From contig CAZYEM010000001.1 of assembly GCA_964646395.1 (NCBI GenBank), forward strand, positions 1 to 63,641: a stretch of DNA of 63,641 bases, given 5' to 3'. Numbering within the stretch: the stretch's first letter is position 1; each line of letters starts with the position of its first letter. This stretch comes from an uncultured Bacteroides sp. (lineage in GTDB: Bacteria > Bacteroidota > Bacteroidia > Bacteroidales > JACABE01). A program made the translations under genes and the position numbers. The notes under the pieces are model-generated. The model saw only the letters and a list, made by a program, of their open reading frames with translations. It had not been told where the DNA came from and did not search any database. This document shows positions 14,966 to 24,857 of this stretch, piece by piece.

Positions 14966-15292
14966 CTATGGGTTAGAAAAAGGTAGCGGAAGTACCACAA
15001 TAGGAGGGTTAACTTGATTCTCTATTTGAGCATCTAAATTAAGGTCTAAAGCTGCAACATCTATTGAAGCATCAAGCCAACCACAAACGATTTCATAAGT
15101 TAAGTCCTCATAAGGGATAAAGTTTGTAACATCATCCTTTGAGAAGGATTGAGTACTATATACACTTGCGGTGTATTCTTTATCATTTACTACTTCATTT
15201 GCGATTCTTGACCAATGTGCAACCACAACAAAGTCAGTTAAATTTCCGTCTTGTGGAACGCAGTCTAATTGATTGATAAAAAAATACTTCAT
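14966..15292 (-). CDS. hypothetical protein (108 aa)
   Basis: ATG ORF, co-oriented, lying between the homing endonuclease and the fibre genes. Confidence 0.5.
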   Translation of the reverse strand: MKYFFINQLDCVPQDGNLTDFVVVAHWSRIANEVVNDKEYTASVYSTQSFSKDDVTNFIPYEDLTYEIVCGWLDASIDVAALDLNLDAQIENQVNPPIVVLPLPFSNP

Positions 15293-15298
15293 ACTATT

Positions 15299-15988
15299 TT
15301 AAATTTTATATTTCCAAATACATTTTCTATGTGTTTTACCTAAGCCATTGCAACATTTCCATATATTGCTTTCATTATATCCATTTTTAGCAGCTTCTTT
15401 CTTAGAAGACCACTCTTTTATAAAGTTCCCATCTAAATCAAATTGTAAAATTGCTCGTTTAATCTTTGATTCAGACATTTTCTTTTTTCTTTCTTCGCTA
15501 TATTTCTGACCATAATTAGCACTATTAACACCAGAATATTTTAACCTTTTATACATTTTTTGTTCTTCAGTCCTTTTCTTACCAGTATTGGCTAAAGATA
15601 TTTTTCTTTTCATTTCCTCAGTAACAACTCTATTCTTCCAATTTGTATTACCCTTTTGAGAATTACTCATTTTTTGTCTTGCAGCATCTGATAATTTATA
15701 ACCATCAAATCCTTCGCCTCCATTAGTTAAATTACAAAGCGTACCTGTTTTCAAGTCCCTTCTGCCATATAATGATATAAACTCTCTTTCTTTGGCTTGT
15801 GCTTCCTCCCAAGTCAATTCTTGAATTAGAATTTCAACTTCAAATTCAGTCTTGTTTGTAATCCTTTTCCATTGAGTACTTCTATCGTATGTAGAATATG
15901 CTCTCTTATATTCATCATTAGTATTGCTTATGCCAATATAAAAAGGCATATTTGTATCAATTCTTATATGTCTATAAATGTAAGCCAT
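15299..15988 (-). CDS. free-standing GIY-YIG homing endonuclease with NUMOD3 repeats and a NUMOD1-like C-terminal DNA-binding domain
   Basis: The N-terminus is YIYRHIRIDTNMPFYIGIS (GIY...YIG). Repeated basic motifs follow (ARQKMSNSQKG, EEMKRKISLANTGKK, EERKKKMSESK). The C-terminus is ILQFDLDGNFIKEWSSKKEAAK...CIWKYK. Confidence 0.8.
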   Translation of the reverse strand: MAYIYRHIRIDTNMPFYIGISNTNDEYKRAYSTYDRSTQWKRITNKTEFEVEILIQELTWEEAQAKEREFISLYGRRDLKTGTLCNLTNGGEGFDGYKLSDAARQKMSNSQKGNTNWKNRVVTEEMKRKISLANTGKKRTEEQKMYKRLKYSGVNSANYGQKYSEERKKKMSESKIKRAILQFDLDGNFIKEWSSKKEAAKNGYNESNIWKCCNGLGKTHRKCIWKYKI

Positions 15989-16003
15989 ACTACAAATTTA
16001 ACA

Positions 16004-17410
16004 TTATTTAGCTGCAATCATTGCTTTTAATTCTTCTATTTGTGCTTGTTGCTCTTGAATACACTTTGTCAAAATAGCAAACTCCATTCCAACCTTTAAA
16101 CCTAATGAATCTTCATACCCACTTATTAAGTTTCCGTCATCATCATATTTTCTTGTGTCATTTTGATATACAAAAGATGGGAATACCTCCTGCATTTCTT
16201 GTGCTATAAATCCTATGTGCTTGTCCTCATTACCTATCAAATTAAAATTTACCACATTCAACCTCATTATGTCATAAAGTTTAGGTGTAGCAGATACGAT
16301 GTTTTCTTTTAATCTTCTATCAGATGCAAGTGTACCATAAGAACCATTAGTGTTTACTATATTTCCATTACCATAAACAAACATTCTGTCTGACCCATCT
16401 GTGACTGCTATGTAATGATAATTAGATGCATTATTACTTGTACTTCCTAATACAGTGATTATTGCAACATTATCAGTAGCGCTTGTATTTGTATTTCTAA
16501 ATTCGTGATACGCACCATTTACTCCAATATAACTACCGTTATTACTTGCCTTAATAAAACCCCCCGATGTGATTCTCATTCGTTCGGTAGGTCCAGTATA
16601 AAAACTTAAAAATCCAGTACTAGTAAATGATTGTTGCATTCTAAACTCTTCAGTTTGAGCATCACTATATAATCTTGGACCATTAGTTGATTCATTAAAT
16701 CTTAAACTTGATTGATATGTAGATTCAGCTTTAAATATTAAATTTTGATATGCACCAATATAAACATCTAATTTACCTGCAGGGCTACTCGTTCCGATTC
16801 CAACGTTACCTGAAGCGTCAAGACGCATTTTAGCAGTAGGAGTAGTTGAGCCACTATTTGATGTTCTAAAATCAATATAACCTCCATCTGCTCCTGTTGT
16901 TGTTTGCTCAATATGAATAGCACCTAAAGAACCTCTATTGCTTTGACCCGTAAATCTTCCACCTGCCGTTGCAACGTCTAATGCTTGTTTAGAAATAACT
17001 TGTCCATTGGTATCTATTAAAAAAGAACCTCCTGTTTGTGTAAATGTAGCAGCACCGGTATAAGCTAATGCTAAGCCAGATGTTCCATTAGGCATAATAT
17101 TTAATCCTGCATCTGTTCCTTCTGCAGCAGTTGAAATTGTCCATAAAGGAGTACCAGCAGTTAATTTAAAATCTAACGCTTTAATTTGATTAGATGCATT
17201 TCTACCAGACATTCTTATAACTGTCTGTACTGCATCTTGCGTAAGACCACTAAACGTAGCACTTGTACCACTTAAAGCACCAGTAAGGTTAGTAGCTCCT
17301 GTTACTTGTAGTTTAAATGAGGCATTGGCTGCTGCACCTATACCCACATTATTAGAGGAGTCTGTAAAGACGCAATTATTTAAAAAACCGGTATCCCTTG
17401 TTTTGCCCAT
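16004..17410 (-). CDS. tail fibre protein with C-terminal intramolecular-chaperone (S74-like) domain (468 aa)
   Basis: It has NVGIGAAANASFKLQVTG and GNVGIGTSSPAGKLDV repeats and the ERMRITSGG module. The C-terminus is SDRRLKENI...HIGFIAQEMQEVFPSFV...IEELKAMIAAK. Confidence 0.75.
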   Translation of the reverse strand: MGKTRDTGFLNNCVFTDSSNNVGIGAAANASFKLQVTGATNLTGALSGTSATFSGLTQDAVQTVIRMSGRNASNQIKALDFKLTAGTPLWTISTAAEGTDAGLNIMPNGTSGLALAYTGAATFTQTGGSFLIDTNGQVISKQALDVATAGGRFTGQSNRGSLGAIHIEQTTTGADGGYIDFRTSNSGSTTPTAKMRLDASGNVGIGTSSPAGKLDVYIGAYQNLIFKAESTYQSSLRFNESTNGPRLYSDAQTEEFRMQQSFTSTGFLSFYTGPTERMRITSGGFIKASNNGSYIGVNGAYHEFRNTNTSATDNVAIITVLGSTSNNASNYHYIAVTDGSDRMFVYGNGNIVNTNGSYGTLASDRRLKENIVSATPKLYDIMRLNVVNFNLIGNEDKHIGFIAQEMQEVFPSFVYQNDTRKYDDDGNLISGYEDSLGLKVGMEFAILTKCIQEQQAQIEELKAMIAAK

Positions 17411-17415
17411 GATCT

Positions 17416-18933
17416 TTATCTATTAATAAGTGAGTTTATTGTTTGTTGTTGTTCGTTTACTTTTTGGTTTAGTTCTTGGATTGCTTTAACTAATAAAGAT
17501 ACCATATTTGCATAATAAATGGCATCTGGAGTTTTATCTTCTGCATATTGTACAAATTCAACCAAGCCTAAATCATTTATTTCCTCTGCTATTAAACCTG
17601 CATATTGTGTATCTCCATCATTTTTGCCTTTATAATAAACAGGTCTTAATTGCATTACCTTCTCTAAGCCTTTATCATAATTTCTTACATCGGTTTTATA
17701 TTTTATTGATGAAGTTGACCTTTGTAAAGTTCCGTCATTAGCAAATATTGCATTTGCCCCTGCTCCTGTTGTATTGTTATAAGGTGAATTTGGTCTTGTT
17801 CCTGTACTTGTTAATCCATCATTTCTTACATAAAACAAATCTTGAACATTTGAGTTTGCTATCCCTAATGCAAAAGCTGTACTATCCGATGTTGCTGCAG
17901 TTATTTGTAGCCTAAAATTAGAATAACCAGTTGAGCCTATCCCAACCATACCCCCCGATGTGATTACCATTCTTGCAGCAGCAGCAGTTTCATCATATAT
18001 TATATAACTATTTGAAAAGTCAAAAGATAATCCAGTAATATATGATTTAGCAGTACTTTTAAAAACAGCATAAGCATTTGCATTTGCAATTGAAGATTCT
18101 AAAACTAATGTTTGAGTATTTGCTGCGCCACCTAAAACGTGCAACTTTTGACTTGGACTACTCGTTCCAATTCCAACGTTACCACCTAATGGTTGTAATA
18201 ATAAATTATAAGCAGCCGTATTTCCATCTGTTCTTTGGCTTTGTAAATATGTATTACCATTTGTTAAAACGTCTGCCACCATTCCATAAACGCCACCATT
18301 CAATAACTGAAATTTTGCAGTTGATGTTCCTAATGCAGCCGGTGAGCCTGAATTATTACTTCCATAAACTATAATACCACCACTTGCCGTTATATTACCC
18401 GAAAAATTAGCAGCACCAGTATTGGCTAATGTAAATAATGTAGCAGTATCTGCTTGGTTAAGAATTGTAAGATTTGTTGAGCCAGTATATAAATAATTTA
18501 TAGAGCCGCTTGCAGCAGCAAAAAATCTATTTGCACCAATAAAATTATATACACCACCCGCAAAAGTTACACCACCCGTCAAAGTTCCACCCGCTAAAGG
18601 TAAGTAAGCAGATAGGTTACTTGTAAGGGCTATTGTACCACTTGCATCTGGTAATGTATATGTTCTATCTACTGATAAGGCAGCTGGTTGAATAAACCCA
18701 TTTGAACCATTTCTTAAATTTAATACACCAAATCCTGAACCAGTTAAATCTCTTGATAACGAGGCCAATAAACCATAACCAGTTGGTTGAATAATAAAAT
18801 TATCTGCATTTACATTTCCAGTAACTTGTAATTTATAACTACCAGAAGCTGCTCCTCCTATACCTACATTATAAGATGAATTTACTGCTATTGCATTTGA
18901 TAAAATTGCGTTACCTGTATTTAATGATGGCAT
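17416..18933 (-). CDS. tail fibre protein with C-terminal intramolecular-chaperone (S74-like) domain (505 aa)
   Basis: It has NVGIGGAASGSYKLQVTG and GNVGIGTSSPSQKLHV repeats and an ARMVITSGG module. The C-terminus is SSIKYKTDV...YAGLIAEEINDLGLVEFV... Confidence 0.75.
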   Translation of the reverse strand: MPSLNTGNAILSNAIAVNSSYNVGIGGAASGSYKLQVTGNVNADNFIIQPTGYGLLASLSRDLTGSGFGVLNLRNGSNGFIQPAALSVDRTYTLPDASGTIALTSNLSAYLPLAGGTLTGGVTFAGGVYNFIGANRFFAAASGSINYLYTGSTNLTILNQADTATLFTLANTGAANFSGNITASGGIIVYGSNNSGSPAALGTSTAKFQLLNGGVYGMVADVLTNGNTYLQSQRTDGNTAAYNLLLQPLGGNVGIGTSSPSQKLHVLGGAANTQTLVLESSIANANAYAVFKSTAKSYITGLSFDFSNSYIIYDETAAAARMVITSGGMVGIGSTGYSNFRLQITAATSDSTAFALGIANSNVQDLFYVRNDGLTSTGTRPNSPYNNTTGAGANAIFANDGTLQRSTSSIKYKTDVRNYDKGLEKVMQLRPVYYKGKNDGDTQYAGLIAEEINDLGLVEFVQYAEDKTPDAIYYANMVSLLVKAIQELNQKVNEQQQTINSLINR

Positions 18934-18945
18934 TTTACTTTTGTT

Positions 18946-19689
18946 TTATTCGTTACGTTTTTTTCTTTTAACTACCTTTTCTGGATGTTTATACTTCCAA
19001 ATATACCCACATACTTCTTTTAATTTACCTTGACAACACTTTGTAATATTTGTTGATGTCCCATATTGCTTAACAGCATCAATTATTCCTTCCCATTCTT
19101 TGATAAAGTTACCGTTTAAATCGTATTGTAAAATAATGGTTTTTTTACATTTAGACATCCTATTCTTTGTTTCATCAGTAATAACACGATTTTTGTTATT
19201 TTCAGATATTTTAATCCTATGTTCCAAAGACATTGGATTTTTATGCTTTATGCCAATTCTTGATTCTTTATGCTTTTTAAGCATTTCTGGGTCTTGCAAT
19301 CTTTTTTTGTGATATTCTGATAGCCTTTTTTTACATTCTTCAGTATGTTTTTTACCTTTATGAGAATCTGACATCTTTTTTGCTACTTCTTTAGTTATAA
19401 TTTTATTCAAACAGCCATCTCCGCCATCTGTTAAATTAACCAAACATCCTGTTCCTAAATCAACTCTACCATACAATTTAATAAATTCTATTTCTTTTGC
19501 CCTTGCGCTGTCATCATCAAGATTATCAAACAAAATATCAACTTCGTAATTCGTATTTTTTACAATATTATGCCAATGTTTGTTTCTATTATCTTTTCCA
19601 TAAGCCCTATAGTAATTTTTAGCACTACCAATACCTATGTAAAACGGTTCGTTTTTGTCTAATCTGATATGTCTATAAACGTATGGCAT
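18946..19689 (-). CDS. free-standing GIY-YIG homing endonuclease (paralogue of 15299..15988)
   Basis: The N-terminus is YVYRHIRLDKNEPFYIGIG. NUMOD3-like repeats follow (AKKMSDSHKGKKHTEE, SLEHRIKISENNKN). The C-terminus is ILQYDLNGNFIKEWEGIIDAVK...GYIWKYK. The start overlaps the stop of the upstream fibre gene (TAATG). Confidence 0.8.
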   Translation of the reverse strand: MPYVYRHIRLDKNEPFYIGIGSAKNYYRAYGKDNRNKHWHNIVKNTNYEVDILFDNLDDDSARAKEIEFIKLYGRVDLGTGCLVNLTDGGDGCLNKIITKEVAKKMSDSHKGKKHTEECKKRLSEYHKKRLQDPEMLKKHKESRIGIKHKNPMSLEHRIKISENNKNRVITDETKNRMSKCKKTIILQYDLNGNFIKEWEGIIDAVKQYGTSTNITKCCQGKLKEVCGYIWKYKHPEKVVKRKKRNE

Positions 19690-22600
19690 TATTTTGTAGC
19701 TACAATTTTATGAAGTTCGTCTATTTCTGCTTTTAACTCTTGTATTGCTTTTACTAAAACTGCAGTTAATTGTCCATAAGATAATCCCTTCATACCTCTA
19801 TTGTCTGTTGATACTAATTCTTTAATTACTTCTTCAACTTCCTGTGCTATAAAACCAACTTGTTCTAAATTATCTTCTTTCATTTTATAACTTCTTGGCT
19901 TTAACTTTAATACTGCATCTAAGCCATATTCAATATCCTTAACATCTTTTTTAATAGAAATATCTGATGCATCAGTCCATACCCCTGCACTTGATAAAGT
20001 TCCTTGATTACTACCATTCCACCATGCCATTGTGCTACCATTCATATAGCATTGTCTATAATTACCACCATCATAAACTGCCATACCAATTGCATCAAGT
20101 GCTAATCTTGCACTTGCAGAATTTGTTCCAATTCCCATTAATACACTACCCCCCGATGTGATTCTCATTCTTTCTGAATTGCCTGTTCTTATACTAAAAT
20201 CACTTGCACTTGTTGTTCCTACAAAAGAATCACTACTAACTCCACACTCAAGCATCACTGTTGTACCAGCAGGATTTGTTATTTTTACACCTTTCGTTCC
20301 ATCTACTGCTGCATTTGCAACCGCTAAATGTAATAAAGCACTTGGACTTGCAGTTCCAATTGCAACTGATCCTCCTAATGGTTGTAATAAAATAGGGTAA
20401 TTAATATTACTATTATTAGCATCTTTAACTTGTAACCACATACCATAAGATGCACCATTATAACCACCGATATTTAATTGTGGCCCTAAATTACCCGTAA
20501 TTGAAAATAAGTTATTTGTATCAGCAGTCATTGATGGATTACCAGAAGTTCCAAATACACTTAATCTTGCTATGTCATTTGCATTATTAACTCTTACACT
20601 ACTTGAGAATGTAGCAGCACCAGTAGTGCCTATTGTAAGTCTTGCAGTAGCATTTGTGCCTAAAATTAATTCTTTTGAATTTGGGGTATATATTTCTAAT
20701 CCTTCAGCACCCGTTGCACTTATTATTTGTGCCATAAAATTAGTTCCACTTATACCAGCAGATGCACCTTTTTGTCTAACTGCAACTGCATATAAATCAG
20801 CAGAATATCCAGTTATAGTATTATTTGCAGATGTTGAATTTGTGCCAACAACAGTTAATGCTTGATTACTATTAAACGTAGCACTTGTACCAGCTAAAGC
20901 TCTAGATACTAAAGTAACAGTTGTTCCATCATCTGTAATTGCACTATCTCCTATTGATGCGGATGCGGTGAACTTTGGTATGGTATTAATTGTACCACTA
21001 CCAGCAATACCACTATAAGCTCCTACTGCATAAGAATAAGCATATACTACTACTATATCATTTACTTGACAAGCAGTAGCTAATATTATACTTGTACCAT
21101 TGGTCGCAGTATATTCTGATTGAGCTAAATTAGAACCATTATAAAATACATCTATTAACCCTTGAGTATATGTAACTGCAAATGTGGTCTGACCAGCAGT
21201 CGCAGTAAATGTAGTTATTGTTCTAAGTGCATTGGTTGGTAAAAATGCAGTCAAATAGTTATCAATTTCAACAATCTGACCAACTGTTAAAGCATCTGTT
21301 AATACCACAGTAGTACCATTGGTTGCCGTATAATCCACGCCATTAACCAATTTAACTCCATTTACAAACACATCTACCATTCCTACGCTATAACCATTGG
21401 TTACAGTGAAAGTTGTTTGACTTGCTGTTGCAGTAAATACTTGAACTGCTCTTGCAGAAGTGGTTGCGTTACCCGAAGTGCCTGATGAACCAGAAGTACC
21501 TTGCGCCCCTGATGTACCTGAAAGACCGCTAGTACCTGACGTACCAGTTTCGCCTGACGAACCAGTGCCGCCAGATGTACCAGAGCTACCGCTAGTTGCA
21601 CTTGTTCCAGAAGAACCGGAAGTACCAGTTTCCCCTGATGAACCGGTTGCGCCAGATGTTCCACTTGATCCGCTAGTACCTGATGAACCAGAAGTGCCTG
21701 CTATTTGACCTACTGAAGTTATTACATAAGAATAGTTTGTTGATCCTTCGGTATACCAATTTATATTGTGAGTTCCTGATCCAAAATTTGTAACGTAAAT
21801 CTTTACAATAATGCGATCTGTATCAAGAATCGCAGTTGTTGGAAGCACTAAGTCTGTAAGTACCTCAACCGGTGTTGAAGCATCTAAAAAGTCTACTTCT
21901 GAAGCATTTGTAGGTATTATTGTACCATAACCAACGCCCGCAGAGTTTGCTAATTCTATTGTTACATATGCTTCAAAAGCGTTACCATTTGCTTGTTTTA
22001 GAAAATGTAAATGAAATCTTTGTACTCCGCCCGGTATAATGGTAAATCCTAATTCTGGAGTTAGAAATGAACTAACTAAAGCAGTTGATCCTGAACTTAC
22101 CCCAGAAACAGTTACAGTTTGCTGTGCTGCTGTTGAAGGTTCGGTAGCTAATACCTTATAAGGAGATACATCAGAAGATGCACTTTGGTTAAAATAATAA
22201 GTCTGTCCTGCTGAAATGCCGCTTACTCCGCTTGTTCCTGCTGTTCCTGAAGTACCCGTTGTTCCACTTGTGCCTGTTGTACCACTTGTACCGCTTGAAC
22301 CAGAGGTGCCTGCCGTTGCAGAAGTACCTGATGTACCTGCTGTTGCAGAAGTACCAGAAGTACCGCTTGAACCATCGCCACCACTCGCGCCATCCAAGTT
22401 CACTGTCCATGCGCTATAAGTACCACTACCCACTGTTCTAGTAGGGGCTAAAAATGTTAAAGAACCTGTATTTGCATCATATGATACTACCTCGCACTCT
22501 TGAAAGTTTGAAGCATCATAAACTATAATTATTGATTGAGCAGGGCTATATCCCAATAGTGTTCCTATTGTTATAGTACCTGCATTGCCTAAAGTAAATG

Positions 22601-23702
22601 TTGTAGTAGATGTTGTTCTATATCTATCTCCTGAAAGACCTGATGTACCTGTTGTACCCGAAGTGCCACTAGTTCCAGTTGTACCGCTAGTTGCGCTTGT
22701 ACCTGATGAACCACTAGTACCTGTTGTGCCTGAAGTACCATTTATACCTGAAGTACCTGACGAACCGCTTGAACCACTGCTTCCACTTGTTGCAGATGTT
22801 CCGGAGGAGCCGGAAGTACCACTAGAACCGCTTGAACCACTTGAGCCAGATGAACCGCTAGAGCCACTTGAACCTGAGCTTCCTGAACTACCAGAAGTAC
22901 CAGTAGTACCGCTAGTACCACTTGTAGCAGAGCTACCACTTGAACCAGAGCTTCCACTTGTACCAGAAGAACCATCACCACCAGAAGCTCCATCTAAGTT
23001 CACTACCCAATTAGAGAATGTTCCACCGCCTACAACTCTATTAGGATCACCAAATACTAATTCTCCTGTAACAACATTATAAGAAACTACCTCACATTCT
23101 TGAAAGTGAGTATTATCATGTACTACAATAATTGATTGAGCAGGAGAGTATGATAAGCCGGGAGAAACCATAAGATATCCACCAGTTCCTAATGTAAAAA
23201 TAGATACAGATATTGTATAATACTTATCCCCACCAATACCTGAAGTACCAGTTGTTCCAGAAGTTCCTGCGGTGCCTGCCGTCCCTGATGAACCAGAAGA
23301 AGAAACATAGCTAGATACAAAATTATCTATCTCTACATTATCGCCTACTTTTAAAGGATTATTAAGTATTACATTAAATCCATCTGTGGCTGTAAAATCG
23401 CTTGGGAATAATTTTACTCCATTAACAAAAACATCCACCATCCCATTATCATATCCGCTAGGAATATAAAAAGTAGTTTGTCCTGCTGTTGCTACAAAAT
23501 TATTTACAAGTCTACCTGCCGTACCTGCAAAACCAGAAGTACCAGCAGAGCCGGAAGTACCAGCAGTGCCAGATGAACCAGAAGTACCGGCTGTTCCTGA
23601 AGTAATATTACCAACAGAATCTACAACACCATTGGCGGCAATTAACACACCATTTAATTCTCTTATTTTTACTTCACCCGTAAAAAGACCTTGTATTGCC
23701 AT
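19689..23702 (-). CDS. large modular collagen-like tail fibre (1337 aa) with S74-like C-terminal chaperone domain
   Basis: It has at least five Gly-X-Y tracts. A roughly 60-aa F(V/T)ATAGQTTF...VDVFVNGVKL domain occurs three times. A roughly 77-aa GD(R/K)Y...W.VNL(D/A)GASGGDGSSG domain occurs twice. The C-terminus is SDISIKKDV...QVGFIAQEVEEVIKELV... Confidence 0.8.
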   Translation of the reverse strand: MAIQGLFTGEVKIRELNGVLIAANGVVDSVGNITSGTAGTSGSSGTAGTSGSAGTSGFAGTAGRLVNNFVATAGQTTFYIPSGYDNGMVDVFVNGVKLFPSDFTATDGFNVILNNPLKVGDNVEIDNFVSSYVSSSGSSGTAGTAGTSGTTGTSGIGGDKYYTISVSIFTLGTGGYLMVSPGLSYSPAQSIIVVHDNTHFQECEVVSYNVVTGELVFGDPNRVVGGGTFSNWVVNLDGASGGDGSSGTSGSSGSSGSSATSGTSGTTGTSGSSGSSGSSGSSGSSGSSGSSGSSGTSGSSGTSATSGSSGSSGSSGTSGINGTSGTTGTSGSSGTSATSGTTGTSGTSGTTGTSGLSGDRYRTTSTTTFTLGNAGTITIGTLLGYSPAQSIIIVYDASNFQECEVVSYDANTGSLTFLAPTRTVGSGTYSAWTVNLDGASGGDGSSGTSGTSATAGTSGTSATAGTSGSSGTSGTTGTSGTTGTSGTAGTSGVSGISAGQTYYFNQSASSDVSPYKVLATEPSTAAQQTVTVSGVSSGSTALVSSFLTPELGFTIIPGGVQRFHLHFLKQANGNAFEAYVTIELANSAGVGYGTIIPTNASEVDFLDASTPVEVLTDLVLPTTAILDTDRIIVKIYVTNFGSGTHNINWYTEGSTNYSYVITSVGQIAGTSGSSGTSGSSGTSGATGSSGETGTSGSSGTSATSGSSGTSGGTGSSGETGTSGTSGLSGTSGAQGTSGSSGTSGNATTSARAVQVFTATASQTTFTVTNGYSVGMVDVFVNGVKLVNGVDYTATNGTTVVLTDALTVGQIVEIDNYLTAFLPTNALRTITTFTATAGQTTFAVTYTQGLIDVFYNGSNLAQSEYTATNGTSIILATACQVNDIVVVYAYSYAVGAYSGIAGSGTINTIPKFTASASIGDSAITDDGTTVTLVSRALAGTSATFNSNQALTVVGTNSTSANNTITGYSADLYAVAVRQKGASAGISGTNFMAQIISATGAEGLEIYTPNSKELILGTNATARLTIGTTGAATFSSSVRVNNANDIARLSVFGTSGNPSMTADTNNLFSITGNLGPQLNIGGYNGASYGMWLQVKDANNSNINYPILLQPLGGSVAIGTASPSALLHLAVANAAVDGTKGVKITNPAGTTVMLECGVSSDSFVGTTSASDFSIRTGNSERMRITSGGSVLMGIGTNSASARLALDAIGMAVYDGGNYRQCYMNGSTMAWWNGSNQGTLSSAGVWTDASDISIKKDVKDIEYGLDAVLKLKPRSYKMKEDNLEQVGFIAQEVEEVIKELVSTDNRGMKGLSYGQLTAVLVKAIQELKAEIDELHKIVATK
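21465..21705 (-). repeat. collagen-like tract in the 1337-aa fibre (approximate limits)
   Basis: The region translates as GTSGSSGTSGSSGTSGATGSSGETGTSGSS...GAQGTSGSSGTSG. Limits are estimated from the extent of the shadow ORF. Confidence 0.6.
22212..22391 (-). repeat. collagen-like tract (about 20 triplets, with Gly-to-Ala interruptions)
   Basis: Covers aa 438-497: GAS GGD GSS GTS GTS ATA GTS GTS ATA GTS ... GIS. Confidence 0.7.
22623..22991 (-). repeat. collagen-like tract (about 41 triplets, three ATS interruptions)
   Basis: Covers aa 238-360: GAS GGD GSS GTS GSS GSS GSS ATS GTS ... GLS GDR. Confidence 0.7.
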
Positions 23703-23721
23703 CTGATTATTTTTATGTGTT

Positions 23722-24240
23722 TTAGTACACTAATATTTTAACATATTCTCCTGTAACAAACGGAACGGCTGAAGCCACCGTTAAAGTTGCAGTTGCACTA
23801 TCCCATTTAACTTGATTTAAAACCGGAACACCTGATGTTATAATTTCTCCAACATCAATACCACCTCTACTCGCATACAACAATGATTTATTTAACGCTT
23901 GACTAAATGAAATTACAACAGAACCACTACTAGCAAATTTGCCAAATTGTTCTGGGAATCTTCCGTTGCCACCACTTGAAGGATTTACAACAACACCAGC
24001 AACACCCATCAATGCTTCAGCCTCAAACGCATACCCACCGCACATTCCATACACATAGTCTGTAAATCCATTTAAATTTATTCCTGTGTATCCTGTTGTG
24101 TTCACCCACTCTAATGCATTTGCTTCAATGCGAATTTTATTAGGCAATTCAAGATCATTTTCTTGATTTTGTTCAATTGCTTTTATAACAACTGCAACAG
24201 TTACTCTTGCTATATCAATTACCTCTGCTGTCGTTGGCAT
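23722..24240 (-). CDS. hypothetical virion protein (172 aa)
   Basis: ATG ORF lying between the capsid-proximal genes and the fibre genes, abutting its neighbour. Confidence 0.5.
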   Translation of the reverse strand: MPTTAEVIDIARVTVAVVIKAIEQNQENDLELPNKIRIEANALEWVNTTGYTGINLNGFTDYVYGMCGGYAFEAEALMGVAGVVVNPSSGGNGRFPEQFGKFASSGSVVISFSQALNKSLLYASRGGIDVGEIITSGVPVLNQVKWDSATATLTVASAVPFVTGEYVKILVY

Positions 24241-24759
24241 CTAGAATACTAATTTAGGATTATCAATAATAAATTTTGCTTTGTTTAATGATAATTGCGC
24301 AATTGTAATTCCTGCACCTAAAGCGACAGCGTTATCGGCTGCATCAATGTATGTATTTAAATTACATTTTGTACTTAACCAATTATCTCTATCTAACAAA
24401 CTTGGACTTGATACTTGTGCTTTTGATAATTTTACATTATATATTTTAGCATAAGTTGAAAAACAATAAGACACAGTTTTATTATATAATACTGCGCTAT
24501 TACTTCTCCACTCAACCGTAATTGTTAATGCATAATCTTTATCTAAAACATTTAAACTAATTGTATTACCAGAAGCCAATGTCCATATTTCATAATTAGT
24601 TGTTGTTCCTTCTTCAACTAAATATGATCCATCTGCTTTTTGCAAATAAACATATCTTACTGTAATACCTGCATCACTTCCTGTGCTTGTATCATCCAAT
24701 ACAAGTAAATTTGGAGTAGCTACATATTGTGTGGCGGTAAAATTTTCTACTAAAGGCAT
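24241..24759 (-). CDS. hypothetical virion protein (172 aa from the ATG at 24759)
   Basis: The ORF-track start at 24816 lies inside a terminator hairpin. The internal start MPLVENFTATQ at 24759 is preferred. Confidence 0.45.
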   Translation of the reverse strand: MPLVENFTATQYVATPNLLVLDDTSTGSDAGITVRYVYLQKADGSYLVEEGTTTNYEIWTLASGNTISLNVLDKDYALTITVEWRSNSAVLYNKTVSYCFSTYAKIYNVKLSKAQVSSPSLLDRDNWLSTKCNLNTYIDAADNAVALGAGITIAQLSLNKAKFIIDNPKLVF

Positions 24760-24808
24760 AAAAAAACGTTTATCAAAAATACCAATAAATAATAACACAA
24801 ATACAAAA

Positions 24809-24834
24809 AGCCCCATTATTTTTTTAATGGAGCT
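24809..24834 (-). terminator. rho-independent terminator after the 295-aa gene
   Basis: On the minus strand: AGCTCCATTA, a 6-nt A loop, TAATGGGGCT (10 bp with one G-U pair), followed by TTTTTGT. Confidence 0.6.
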
Positions 24835-24857
24835 TTTTTGCTAAAAATTAAATTAAA

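Noticed and set aside
21401-23082. Shadow ORFs inside the 1337-aa fibre gene (21401..21664, 21460..21708, 22189..22441, 22585..23082, 22742..22993).
   Set aside because: The cause is the same. Periodic GGN-WSN-WSN coding sequence keeps other frames open, so these are not independent genes.
24760-24816. The N-terminal extension MGLFVFVLLFIGIFDKRFF of the 24241.. gene, which looked like a signal peptide.
   Set aside because: Its ATG and first codons form the descending arm and U-tract of a strong terminator hairpin.
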